Source of the DNA: Azolla caroliniana
Lineage: Eukaryota > Plantae > Polypodiophyta
Reading direction: 5' to 3'
DNA: 64,000 bases
Assembly: GCA_043228905.1 (NCBI GenBank)
Contig: JBHGNT010000010.1
Location: 8,804,001-8,868,000 of the forward strand
Of this stretch, positions 1 to 12,560 are shown piece after piece (position 1 is the first letter of the stretch; every line of letters begins with the position of its first letter). The notes below the pieces were generated by a model, which had not been told where the DNA came from, did not search any database, and was given only the letters and a program-made list of their open reading frames with translations. Position numbers and translations under genes: made by a program.

Positions 1-585
1 ACAAAGTGAGCCATCTTCGAAAACCGATCAACAACTACTAGCAGTGTGTCATGGTCACCGACCCGAGGAAGGTTGGTGATAAAGTCCATGGAGAGAGATG
101 CCCAAGGCCGACTGGGAATTGGAAGTGGGTGTAGAAGGTCGTATGGACGATGGTGAACCACTTTGGAGCAAGCACAAACGTCATAAGTTTTGATAAATTC
201 TTTGACCAATTTCCAAGGTTGGGGTCACCAAAACCCCCGAGACAGCAACACCAGTGTTTTCGTGACCCCAAACAATCCGACAAGAGGATCATCGTGGCAA
301 TTTTGTAGTACTCGAATGTGACATGTGCCAGTTGGTACGTAAAAGAGTGATTACAATAGAGTAGCCCATCCAATAGAGTAGCCCATCCTGAGTTGTAAAG
401 TGACTGAGATCCGAGCTTTGCATTTCCTGGGATGGGTTGTTGAGGCGCACCATGATGTCAATAGAAAAAAGGTCTGATGTGGTTGCTTGGGCGATCTCGT
501 TGAACAAGGAAGCCGTAGTCAGCGAGAAAAGATGACCAGCAAGCCTACCTCCGATTTAACGTACGAGTGGTGGTGAAGTAGATGA
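1..585 (-). mobile_element. Degenerate Ty3/gypsy pol (integrase) remnant
   Basis: Minus-strand translation near 1-140 gives L.PLPIPSRPWASLSMDFITNLP...DTLLVVVDRFSKMAHF, the gypsy integrase core N-terminus; frameshifted. Confidence 0.75.
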
Positions 586-978
586 TGTTATGATATGACA
601 AGACTCGAACCCATAACCTTCTGTTATATACATTACATTATCTATTGTAATACATGAAATATTATTTTCATTTAAGTTTTACTATCGAAAATTATTGTAT
701 ATTCCAGATTTCTCTAGAACATTCTAGAAGCTTCAAGACTATTCCTGAGAACACTATAAAAAAAGGCACAAGGCATTATTTCGAACCAAATTGGTTCAAC
801 GCCAGTCTTAAGCCTCATAGCTATTTTGTACTTACTCTTCACATAATATATCATCTGTTATCATCATCCTCTCTCTCTCCCTCTCTCGGGAGTCTTACGC
901 AGTCCCGTCCTCTTAGTACTAATAGTACTTCCCTTCTCCAATACTAAATCTCTCTCTGTTTTAGTACTATTCCTTACA
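586..978 (+). repeat. 5' LTR of Tcn1-like element 1
   Basis: tgtta...cttaca; TATAAA at 755-760; matches 4386-4828, 44360-44781 and 49545-49988. Confidence 0.88.
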
Positions 979-1048
979 GTTTGAACCAATTTTCCCTCTG
1001 TCCTTCTTTTCGGTTTCCCTCATCCTCTTACCCCTTTTTTCCAATACT

Positions 1049-4000
1049 ATGGCTACTGTTAGCGCCCAAGAATATCAATCCGTTTTCTCTAAGCTACAGG
1101 GTCTAAAAGAAAATTTTTTTGCCTTGGAACAAGAAAACGAACGATTGTTAGGGGACCTTCAACAAATCGCTCTAGAAAAACAGCAAATGCAGCAACAACA
1201 TGGGGAGTTAGCGTTACGTGTACAACAACTCAAAGCAACCATCGTAGCATTGCAACAACAAGGATCAAGTCCCCAAGGATTTCATAAAGAGCCCAAGATT
1301 GGACTTCCTATGAAATTCGATGGAACGTGATCGCAATTCAGAGGATTTCTTAATCAAGTACGCTTAGTCATTCTAATGCATTCTTCCCAATGCCCCACTG
1401 ATGCATCCCAAATCGGCCTAATAAGCACGTTGCTTAGCGGCTCAGCCTTGGCATGGTTCGCTCCGCTTCTAGAAAAACAATTCCCTTGCTTAATAACTTT
1501 GAAGACTTTATTAGCGAGTTTAAAGCCTGCTTTGGAGATACCCACAGCATCAGGACGACGATCAACAAAATCCGATGATTGCATCAAGGTGATCGTCCAG
1601 CCTCTGCCTACATGGCAGATTTCCGTCTACTCGCCTCAGATATCCCTTGGGATGATCAGGCACTAATGGAGCAGTTTCGCTATGGCCTACGAAACGATGT
1701 CAAAGATTTACTCTTAACCTTCCCCGAAGAACCAAAGTATCTTAAAGAGGCAATCAGTCGAGCGGTCCGATGCGACAACCGCCTTTTCGAACGGCGTTCT
1801 AAACGTCAATTACAAATACCACGCCCTAGGCCGGAGCCCACATACGCCTCAGTCGCGGCTAAACCGTTTGCACGAGACGTATCTCAAGCAAATACTCCGA
1901 CACCGATGGAGATCGACACCATGCGTCGACGTGGCCCGTTATCGGAAGAAGAAAAGCAACGACAACGTGCAAATTGATTATGTCTTTATTGTGGTGGACC
2001 AGGGCATATCGCAACCAAGTGTCCCCATAGGCCAAGAAGACAAGTAAATCAAATTGTAGCTTATACTAAACCCAAATCAATTCTTCCCTTAGGAGTGTCT
2101 GATAGTATTAATAGTACTAATAGCCCAAGTATCTCAAACAAATTAGAAATCCTTAGTCAATTAGAAGAAGAGTTAAACAACTGAGTCCAGCAAAAATAGG
2201 AGTCGTTTGGTTGGACCGCCCTACATCTGTACAGCCCATTAGTGGTTCCATTCCCTCCAAGCAAGTTAGCAATGTGTTCTTAGCCCAAGTCATGGTTAGT
2301 ACTAAAAGTACTCTTCCAGTACACGTCCTAGCACTTTTAGATTCCAAAGCCAATTCCTGTTTCATGGATCGAAATTTTGCCCAAGCTTCTCAGATATCCT
2401 TAAGAACACTTCCTTGCCCCGCATCAGTAGTAGTCATTGATGGTCGTCCCATTGCTTCCGAGAATATTGTAGAAGAGTCAGAACCCATTCAAGTTGTCCT
2501 ACGTAGTTTTATCTGTGTGGTATCATTTAATATAATTAGTAGTCTAGAGCATCCCATTGTCCTGGGATTACCTTGGTTTGAATTACATAATACAGACATA
2601 GATTGGAGAACAAGAGAAGTCTGGTATCGACAACCCCACGAATCTACTCATTGAGTTTCGACCATTTCACTCTATTTGCAATATCAGTACATCCTTCCAG
2701 CAATATTAAGAAGGAATCCATAGTGCAACTTCCGGCGAAATATCATCCTTATGCTGATGTATTTGACAAGGTAAAGGTCGGTACTCTTCCTCATCATCGT
2801 CCCTACGATTGTCCCATCTATTTACAACCAGGAACAGAGCCACCATGGGGACCAATTTACAACTTGTCACCAATCAAGTTAGAAGTCCTTCGAGCCTACA
2901 TAGAGGAGAACTCGGCAAGCGATTCTAGCGCACATTGATACCTCTCGAACATCTTGTTCCCAGTCTCAACAACCAGGTATGGACTACCGACAATTCGAAT
3001 ATCATGATGGTTTATTGTTCTTTAAAAAGCTCGTATATGTTTCTGATTGCTCCTGTCACCTTCAAATCATCCAAAATTGTCACGACACCCATACAACTGG
3101 ACATTTCGGTAGTACGAAGACGTTGGATCTAGTTCAACGATCTTTTTGGTGGCCCCATATGCGACGTTTTGTTGACCACTACGTTCGGACCTGTGATGCT
3201 TGCTGCCGAGCAAAGATGCCACGACATCATCCATATGGCTTGTCGGAACCCTTACCAATTCCAAGTAAGTCGTGGCAATCTATTTGTCTTGATTTTATCA
3301 CAGATCTGCCGGTATCGAAGGGTTTCGATGCTATCTTAACCGTCGTTGATCGATATACTAAGATGGCATATTTTGTGTCGTGTACTAAGGCCATCACTAG
3401 TGAGGAAACCGCCGCGCTTGTCATGCGTGAGGTATATTTCGGCATCATGGCCTCCTAGACAGTATCATCAGTGACCGAGGACCTCAATTTGTCTCCAAAT
3501 TTTGGCAACATCTCTTCAAGATGCTCAAGGTGTCTTGTAACCTCTCCTCCGGCTACCATCCCCAGACCAATGGGCAGGCAGAACGAACAAATCAAATGCT
3601 GGAACAATACCTCCGGTGTTTTCTGAGTTATCAGTAGGACAATTAGGCTGATATCCTCCGCTTTGCGGACGTTGCTTATAATAACGTTATTCACTCCTCG
3701 ACTTGGGTCTCCCCATTTTACGCTTATACTGGTTCTCATCCTCGCTGCTCTGTGATCGACACCCTGGAGCTACCTACCAATCCTCGTGCCAAGGATCATT
3801 TGGAGAGGCTACGCAAGATCCAAATGGATCTCTCTACTCATCTTCATCATGCTCAACACACACAGAAGACTTATGTGGATCGTCATTGGCTTCCCTCCTC
3901 TTTTGCCATCGAAGATCGAGTATGACTCTTACGTCGTCACATCAAGACTACTCAACCATACGACAAGTTGGATTATCGACGACTCGGTCCTTTCCGTATT

Positions 4001-4318
4001 ACCGATAAGGTTAATGATGTCACATTCCACCTTGATCTTCCTCCGCATCTTCAGATACATCCGGTCTTCCATAGTTCTCTTCTTGAACCTTATAAAGCAA
4101 ACACTATTCCCGATCGTGTTACACCACCACCGTTGGCCCAGAGTATGAAGTTGTTGTCGTCCTCGACTCCAAATTTGTTCGCAACAAACTTTATTATTTG
4201 GTCGATTGGCTTGGCTATAGTCCGAGCGAACATACTTGGGAACCCGATCGAACATACTTGGGAACCCGTCAAGCATGTCGTCAATGCTCAGGATCTTCTT
4301 GCTGATTTCCACCGATAG
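1049..4318 (+). pseudogene. gag-pol pseudogene (Gag, PR, INT, chromodomain; RT-RH deleted)
   Basis: Fragmented ORFs: KIGLPMKFDG, WDDQAL..QFRYGLR, CLYCGGPGHIA, HDTHTTGHFG...CDAC, DFITDLP, chromodomain YEV...YLVDWLGY...TWEP. Confidence 0.88.
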
Positions 4319-4385
4319 TATCTGGACAAACCCGATCCTCAATCAGCACCGACTCATTACATTCGTCGTCGTAAGGGGGGAATAG

Positions 4386-4828
4386 TGTCATGATATGGCA
4401 AGACTTGAACCCATGACCTTATGTTATATGGGTCGAGCTCTTGACCATTATACCATCTATTGTACTACATAGGATATTATTTTCATTTAAGTTTTATTAT
4501 AGGAAATTGATGTATATTCCAGATTTCTCTGGAACATTCTAGAAGCTTTAGGACTCCTCCTGAGAACACTATAAAAGGAGGCACAAGGCATTATGTTGAA
4601 CCAAATTGGTTCAACACCAGTCTTAAGCCTCATAGCCATTTTGTACTTACTCTTCATATAATATATCATTTGTTATCATCATCTCTCTCTCTCTCTCTCT
4701 CTCGTCCTCGCTATCTCTCTCTCTCTCTCCCTCTCTCGGGAGTCTTACGTAGTCCCGTCCTCTTAGTACTAATAGTACTTCCCTTCTCCAGTACTAATTC
4801 TCTCTCTGTTTTAGTATTATTCCTGATA
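4386..4828 (+). repeat. 3' LTR of Tcn1-like element 1
   Basis: Follows the PPT; similar to 586-978. Confidence 0.88.
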
Positions 4829-6490
4829 ACAAGAGGGCATCCTTGCCTAATAGGCCTAGAGATAGGAAATAGCATCCCGTATTCTCTAACAAACAAAACT
4901 GAACTAGAAGCATGCTTGTAAAGGGATGAACACCTTTTATCTATGCGGCAGGAAAACCTAATCTTGACAGCACTGCCTCAAGAAAGTCCCAATCCACTTT
5001 ATGATATGCCTTTTCAAAGTCAAGCAATAATACTGCAAGTTGTTGTTTATGTTGTTGAGCTAATGCAACCATTTCCCAAAACAAAAAGATATTATCAAAA
5101 ATACTTCTATCTTGCAGAAAACCAAATTGTGTGTCATGAATAATAGACGGCAATACAGGTTGTAGTCTAACTGCCATAGTTTTCACCACAATCTTATACA
5201 CAACATTAAGCAATGTTATTGGCCGCCACTTGGAGACTTCATCACATTGAGCATCCTATTTAGGAATCATATATATGATTCCTTCTGTCCCTTCCGCTAG
5301 CATATTACCCATTAAGAATATTAAATTAACTGCTCTGTAAGAAGAGGACCAAGAAAATCCCAATAATGCAAATAGAAGCCAATTCCTATTCCATCTTTTC
5401 CCAGAAAAACATCCTTACCTAAGGATTTAGCCACAGCAAAGACCTCTTGAGATGTAAACGGTTGTAATAACTGAGAGGCCATTACATCTGTAACCTTCTA
5501 TTCAATAGTTGCAAGAACAACTTGTTTCTTGTTAAAATTGTCTGTCGTAAAATATTCCGCAGACAATAAGTTATGATAATAATCTGAGACTATACTTCGC
5601 ATCTCAGAGACATCTGACATATAGGATCCATCAAGCCGCTTCAAAGAAGTAATAGAAGGAGGTCTAGTTTTCCATTTAAATTGATTGAAGAATTCCTTAT
5701 TTACCCAATCTTGCCTTTGCGACCAGCGAGCAACATTACGATAGTAAAAGAACATTGAGCGTGCTTGCTGTTTTTTCCTTTAGATTGTTTTTTACTTGCT
5801 GCAAATCACAACATAATTTAGATGAAGTTGGATACCTTTCCAACAATTGTTGTAATGTTGCAAGAGCACGACGCAGGTTAGCAATCTCTGAATTGCAATG
5901 ATAAACAGATGCTGAAACTATTTTTGTGAATAGAATATTTGTATCGAGTATGGCATGGACCATATTGCTAAGAAAACAGTCATCCAAGAAATTGTAATTT
6001 GACCATATCTGAGTGATTGACATCCAATGATTATCATTAGATAACAATGTAGGAGGGATACGCAATTGCCTCGAGTATCGCCTCTTAGTAACATGTAACT
6101 TCAGAGGGTCATGATCAGAGATAACTGATCCTTGAATAATTCCTATGGATCCACCTGCTTCCCAAAAAACACTACTAGCATAAAATCTATCTAGTCAAGA
6201 CAATTTTGTAGCAACCAAACTTCCACCTGATCTAGAAAACTAAAGGGATCCTTGTATACGTGAAAATGAGTGCACATTCCATAAATCTAACAAACCATAG
6301 GTAAAACAAAAGTAGTCCCAACACTTAGCTTCCCATCTTGAAATTGTAATAGTTATACCTCCCATTCTTTCAGCAGCATCCTCGATCATATTAAAGTTGC
6401 CTCCCACCAACCAACAATACGCCAAACTCACATAATCAGAAAGAGATAGCCATAACTTTGCCCTTTTTGCCGCTGAATTAGGGTAGGTTA
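4829..6490 (-). mobile_element. Degenerate L1-type LINE ORF2 (endonuclease + RT N-half)
   Basis: WLVGGNFNMIE, SRLDRFY and SDH endonuclease motifs; RT motifs GFLQDRSIFDN, LLLDFEKAYHKVDW and IRQGCPL, cut at the gypsy LTR. Confidence 0.85.
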
Positions 6491-7309
6491 TTTTTATTGA
6501 GGGTATGGGCTTTTTTATTATAGGTTTGTACTTTAGGACTATGAAACCATGGAGTAAAAGAAACATGAGAGAGAGAGAGAATTACTATTGACAAAAAAAG
6601 AGAAGAGAATTATTATTATGAAAAAAGTGTCTTTGGTACAATTGGTGATGGTTATTTTATATGAAACCACCACCAATGACATTTTCCTTTTGATCAATAA
6701 AATTAAATGTATTCATATCAATACTATTGGAAAGGAAACTTGAGATGGAGAATAACAAACTATGGAAAAAAACGTGTTTCCTACAATGGGAATGGTGGGT
6801 TTACATAATACCACCACCAAAGACACTTTCGTCCTCTTATAAAGGAAATGGACATATTTCTATCAATACGATTTATTTATTTTTACTTATTACAATTTAT
6901 TATTTATTTTCTAGTGCAACACCTATGGCTATGATAACATGTAGATTGTCAAAAAACTTCCTAAAGAAAAAGGCATGAAATCATTAATAGAGGACAAGAG
7001 TGCACTCCTCTTCCCACCATCGGCCTTGGAGTGTAATTAAATCATGATGGCCACATCAGCAAGTGATAGTGGAGAATAAAACCATAATAAAAATGGAAGC
7101 ACGAGAGACAACAACAACTTGATGACTCAAGAGGAAGCGTTGAATTGGTCAAATGTTGCATAACCCAAGATCAAAAACATATATGAAGATAAATAACCAC
7201 AAATCAAGATTTGGAGAGCAAAACAGAGGCAGTAGCCTAATGAAACCTAGGATTAGAATTGGGCTAAAGCATACATAACAAAGAAAATCACCATACTCGA
7301 AGATACCAA

Positions 7310-7393
7310 TCCAAGAAGTTTATCAAATAAACCAATCTCAACAACATGGGTCCAAGAAGTTTATCAAATAAACCAATCTCAACAACATGGGTC
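7310..7393. repeat. Perfect 41-bp tandem duplication
   Basis: tccaagaagtttatcaaataaaccaatctcaacaacatggg x2. Confidence 0.85.
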
Positions 7394-10356
7394 GATGTAG
7401 TAGTATATTTACCATTTATTGTGAGTGGGTAAAGAAGCCAATAGCTATTTACACAAAAAGAGGTATTCTAAATCAATGAGATGCAACAAGACCTCAACAA
7501 GGATTATAATCCATTGGTGCAGAAAATGCAATCAGTGAGATCCAAAAGCTTCTTCTAAACTAAAAAGAAAATTCTAATGAATAGCCACAAGAATCTTTAG
7601 ACCCAAGCGACAAACATATGAATGACACATGGACACCCCAAGATGAAGCAACCACACAAACTAGCTAGCAAGGAACTATAATGAAAAGGCTAAATCATCT
7701 ACAAATGTCTCAATCTCCAAGGAAAACGAGAAGTTCCATTAAAAAGGTCACAATATTATTGCTACTAGGAATGGCAAAGAAAAATGTAGAAGTTGACTAT
7801 AGTGCTCCATAAAAACCAACTTTGGTCGACCATTGAATAGCTAAATAGAACATGGAGATGGAGATTCATGAGCAACATCGATTTTTTTATGACATTGACT
7901 AATACACTTTGTTGAAGCAAGGTTAACTATATGAATTCAGATGTATTGAAAATGAAAATAATGATTGCCCACATTTGTCTAATGGCATGTGCAAATGATG
8001 ATTGGACACTAAGGTAATATGTCTGCAAGCCCACAATATCATAATATTTGTGGAAGCTAACAAACATTGTTCATCAAGTAGATTGTGAAATTAAAAAAGC
8101 CTTGTAATACAATTAAAGAAAGATTTGCAAGAGTTGCAACAAGACATTAAAGGAATGGAAAAAAAAATAGGGGAATAAGTGAAGAACATGGTTCATGGTT
8201 GAAGTTTCTAAACTTGCAATCAATGATGATATGGTCTAGAAGAAGCACTCAAGTGCAACTCAAATCAAATTAACTTGAATCAACCATATGTGTGGAGCCA
8301 ATGTTACTGAAATCAAAAGAACAAGTTCAAAATTAGACAAAGGATTTGGTAATGTTGCCAAAATAATGACAATCACATAACTACCGAAAGTCGAAATGTA
8401 TTTTGGATGCTCGTTGCAAGGCTGTACTATCCTCCTTTATATACATATACATATATCAACTAGCTCAAAATGAAGATAAGGAAGTTTTTAAAGAAATATA
8501 TTTCTGGTACATTTGCCTAGTCTACAATTGTTGTCCCATAAAGGTGACACTTGCATAGAGGATGTGACCATTAGGAAGTGTTCAATTTGAATCTCAATTA
8601 TGTAAATATTTATAAACATATCCAATACATACAAGCAAGTTGTAGATAAAAAAATAAATGTATAAATGTGTGTGTTTGTGTGTATACTAGAGAATTTAAA
8701 GATTTTTTCTAAATCTTTCAATTAGGGAATCCAATGGTAATCAAGAGTTACCCATTGAGAGTTAAATATTGGATCAAGCTCATCAAAATTACTCCATATA
8801 CATACTATTTGAATTGTTTGATATTGTGCATTCTTCAATTTTGAGTTATGCCTCTTAGTTGACAAAACAATCCGTTTTATAGTGCAATACCATTCAAGTT
8901 GAGTTTGAGGGATGTATGCGGGACAACAATACACATGTGACACACAAAATTTTGGCTATTGCATGTTTGTTGTTGTTCCAAACACTTCATCTTTAGTATG
9001 TACCCATATTCAAGGTTCAATCCCCCAAAACATGGTTTCAAGCTAAAGGATATGTGATAGGTTGATCAAGAACTAGGCCAAAATCTGAAAGCTTCATGCC
9101 CCATGGAGCCTTCCAAATACCCAAGTTTTCACCGACACAAAACGGGAGGAGAGAGGAAGTTGGAAAGGATCATCATCACATGTTATCTATGAGGCCCTCC
9201 TTTAACAAGTGTCATTCCAAAGACCTTCTATAAGGAAAACTTGTGGAGGATAATGTCTGCACATATCCTTTGAACTTCATCAAATCTACCAAAACTCATG
9301 TAGGAATTTAAATCCATGTCCATACTAGGTCGCATACGAGGAATCTATACCTAGTGTCAAGGTCGTCCTCGACGTTGAAAAACAAAACTTCCATCCTCCA
9401 ACCTCTCGAGAGAACAATTTCATGAACATAAAACTATTGTCATAATCACGGTCCACACAAACACACATCATGGTCACTATTACTACTCACTTTGGTTCAC
9501 ACAAAGAGACACACATCATGGTCACTATTACCACCCCCTTCACACTCACTAGTAGTAAGCGAAGATAATCCCTTGTTCTTAATTCTTTTAACTCCTCTTC
9601 AAGGTAGACCGATCAAATCCCTTGGTTCTTTTTTAACTCCTCTTCAGGGTAGACCAAATCCCTGGGTTCTTTTAACTCCTTTTTAGGGTAGACCGATCAA
9701 ATCCCAAATCCAGGACATAAGCTCCCTCCGAGAGAATCTTCATTAGAACTTTTGACACGAAGAATTCACATTGTCAAACATGTCCCAATGCCATCCAATC
9801 GTTTCATCATTACTTCAAAATTTCCCCTAATGTGAACCAATGTGTGACAAGTTCTACTTGTGTATGTATGTATGCATGCCTAATGGCTCTAAAATGGGAG
9901 CACTATACAATGTGGTTGTCCCCTTTAAACTTACACCTCGCATCATGTGATCACAAGCAAGGTAATGAGCTGAATATAACCCAACTGACCAAATGATGAT
10001 TTCACAGAGAAATTAGTAGTAGCAGCTATAGAACAGAGTATTTTACTTGATCCATCAAGCCAGTTTCTATTCAACTTATAGTATATTACCAATTCATTGG
10101 AAATGAAAGATACAACAACAATGGATCATACACAAAATATCCTTCCAATTTGAAGCCTCACCAGCAAACCTCTCAAGAAGAAAAAGCTTCTACTGTCTCT
10201 GCCATGCCCACCACTTCAAAAAAGACAAGGTGCAATTAACCAGTACACTATACTCTTCTGCAATGAGTTTTTGATGTTTAACCAGAGTAGACTATACTCT
10301 TCTGGAATGAGTTTCTGATGTTCGCGCTGAGTTGCCCTGCTCCACCATGCTTGCAC

Positions 10357-12254
10357 TTAGCGCAGTGGCTTGCAAACCACTGTGGAATGTGTCTTGATAT
10401 TCAAGCTGAATTGCCCTGCACGTCCCTCCATGTCAATCTTGCTCTGGCCGGGAGGCGGCAGGAGCTCGAAGGATTGAACGAGACGACCTAGCACAATGGA
10501 GAGGATAGGGATGGCTAGAATGATGCCAGGGCAGCTTCTCCTGCCTACTCCGAATGGCAGGAACCTGAAATCGTTGCCATTAGCTTCGATCTTCTCGGTC
10601 CCCAGGAACCTCTCGGGGCGGAACTCCTCAGGCTTGTCCCACCAGTCGGGGTTGTTGGCGAGGTACCACGCATTCACCAGGATCTTGCTTTCTGCTGGAA
10701 TGTCATACCCAGCCAGTTTAGCCTGGTTCAAGTTCATGTGAGGCACGAGCAGGGGAATTGCCATGTGCTTCCTCAACGTCTCCTTGACCACTGCATGGAA
10801 GTAGGGCAATTTTGGGATATCTGGCTCTGTTATGAGCTTATGGTCAAGCACACTGTTCAGCTCCTCACGCACCTTCTGCTGGATGTCGGGGTTGTTCACT
10901 AGTTCTGCTAGTCCCCACTCTACAGACCACAGGGTGGTTTCGATGGCTGTAGCAACCCATTGAACATTCATTAGAAGAATGTCACCGCAGAGCAAGCATA
11001 TAGGTAGTAAGAAAGAAACAGATGTTAAGTTAACAGAGATGATGATAAGCTAGAAATGTTGTCATTTCATGTCATGTCAGGAAAGGATATCTATATTTTG
11101 CTACATACAGATCTCTTCGCGCAGAGAATTGACCATGTGTATTAAGAATTTAGGGAGGAAGTGTTTTTATGGGGGGGAAGGGGGGTTTACCTGCAACGTT
11201 GATGTTCTCGATGATGTATAGGACGTTGTCTTCGTTGATTTCGCCATTCTTCTGAGCATCAAGGATGTGATCGATGGCAACCTTCTCGTCGTTTGATGGA
11301 GGTCTGATGCTGTTCAGCTTCCTGCCAGATCGTCAAAGGATTAGATCGGGGCCAGATCGGATGAGATCAGATCAGATCTAAGGAGGAGCATTAGGGTTGA
11401 AGATAAAGAAATTCAAAGGGGGGGTGGGGGGGGAAGAAAGAGAACAGAACTTACTTGCGTTCATCGAGGAAGTAGTCCTTGAAGAGCTTGAGGCGTTCGT
11501 CTTTGACCTTCTGGCAGAGGTGGAGGTATTTCTTGAGGAAAGGACGGAGAATGGGGATGAAGTCGCCATAATTGTAGTCGAAGCTCTGGGCGAGGCGGCT
11601 GCGCTCGCCATTGAGGCGCTTGAGCTCGACAAAGAGGGGGTCATCCTCGCGCTCGAACCTGCGCCCAAACATCATGCGGTACATGTTGTTGTACATGAGC
11701 ATCTGGAGGCGGCGGCGGATGACAACCCCGGAGGTGGCGGCATCGGGATTGGCCTTGAGGTCAGCGATGGCGAGGTCCACCTCCTCTTCCCAGAAGACCC
11801 TGGACTGCTGGACGACCTTGTTGGTGAAGAAGGGGACGGTCATGATGCGGCGCATCTTGCGCCAGTGGTCGCCATAGACGGTGAAGACCATGTCCTGGCC
11901 GTTGCCGGTGAAGATGTCGAAGACGACGTTGCGGGTGCGGGAGCCGAACTCGACGCCCTGGGTGTGGAGGACCTCCTTGGCGAGGTCCGGGGAGGAGACG
12001 ACGACGAGGTTGCGCTGGCCCATGCGGAGGAGGAAGACGTCGCCGTACTTGCGGGCCATGTCCGAGAGGTTGCGGTGGTTGAGGTCATCGCCGACCTGGA
12101 GCCAGTTGCCGAAGATGGGGAGGGCCAAGGGGCCCGGGGGGAGCCGGAGCTTGGGCTTGGACAGCTGGAAGAGGGCGAGGCCGGCGACGACCAGGAGGAG
12201 GAGGGAGAGGAGGAGGGTGTCGGGGGAGGAGAGGAGGTCGGCGACGGCCACCAT
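10357..12254 (-). CDS. C4H: Trans-cinnamate 4-monooxygenase (cytochrome P450 CYP73A). Exons 12254-11455, 11321-11191, 10946-10357; 506 aa
   Basis: GT-AG introns restore one 1521-nt frame. LPPGP hinge, [33 protein letters not shown]-helix, ETLR, PERF and heme motif [11 protein letters not shown]. Confidence 0.97.
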
Positions 12255-12397
12255 GCTGGCGTTGGGCGTTGGGCGTTGGTCCAGGTGTTAGGAGAGTTCT
12301 GGGTTCCTGCTGGGTTTCTTTTCTTCTTCTTCTTCTTCTTCTTCTTATTTTTCTGGCGTTGGGCGAGAGACATGGACATGGACAAGGCAAGGCCGCC

Positions 12398-12560
12398 TTT
12401 ATATGGCGGAGCTGCCTCCCCGCTGACGTCAGGCGCGTGACGTCCGCAGCTCGTGTTCCTGTTCACACACACACATCTCTCCTTTTCCTTTTTTTTTTTT
12501 TTTGTCTTTCTTTCTTTTGGTGTGTGGTGTGTGGTGGTGTTGGTTTGGCTTCCACGTGAC
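12398..12560 (-). promoter_or_regulatory. C4H proximal promoter: TATA box, TGACGT pair, G-box, AC-like elements
   Basis: TATAAA on the minus strand at 12398-12403; TGACGTCA 12424-12431 and TGACGT 12438-12443; CACGTG 12553-12558; ACCAAC/CCAAACC AC-like motifs at ~12535-12548. Confidence 0.6.

Larger units (their letters stand above)
586..4828 (+). mobile_element. Tcn1-like chromoviral Ty3/gypsy LTR retrotransposon, internally deleted (no RT/RNase H)
   Basis: Similar LTRs at 586-978 and 4386-4828, purine tract (aaggggggaatag) before the 3' LTR, and gag/CCHC, protease (ALLDS), integrase and chromodomain fragments. Colinear with the copy at 44360-49988 except for a ~1.3-kb deletion near 2920. 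Confidence 0.9.

Noticed and set aside
6600-10300. Short ORFs and weak TE-like remnants between the LINE and C4H, including short repeats at ~9570-9705
   Set aside because: No recognisable motifs or coherent frame; too degenerate to call.
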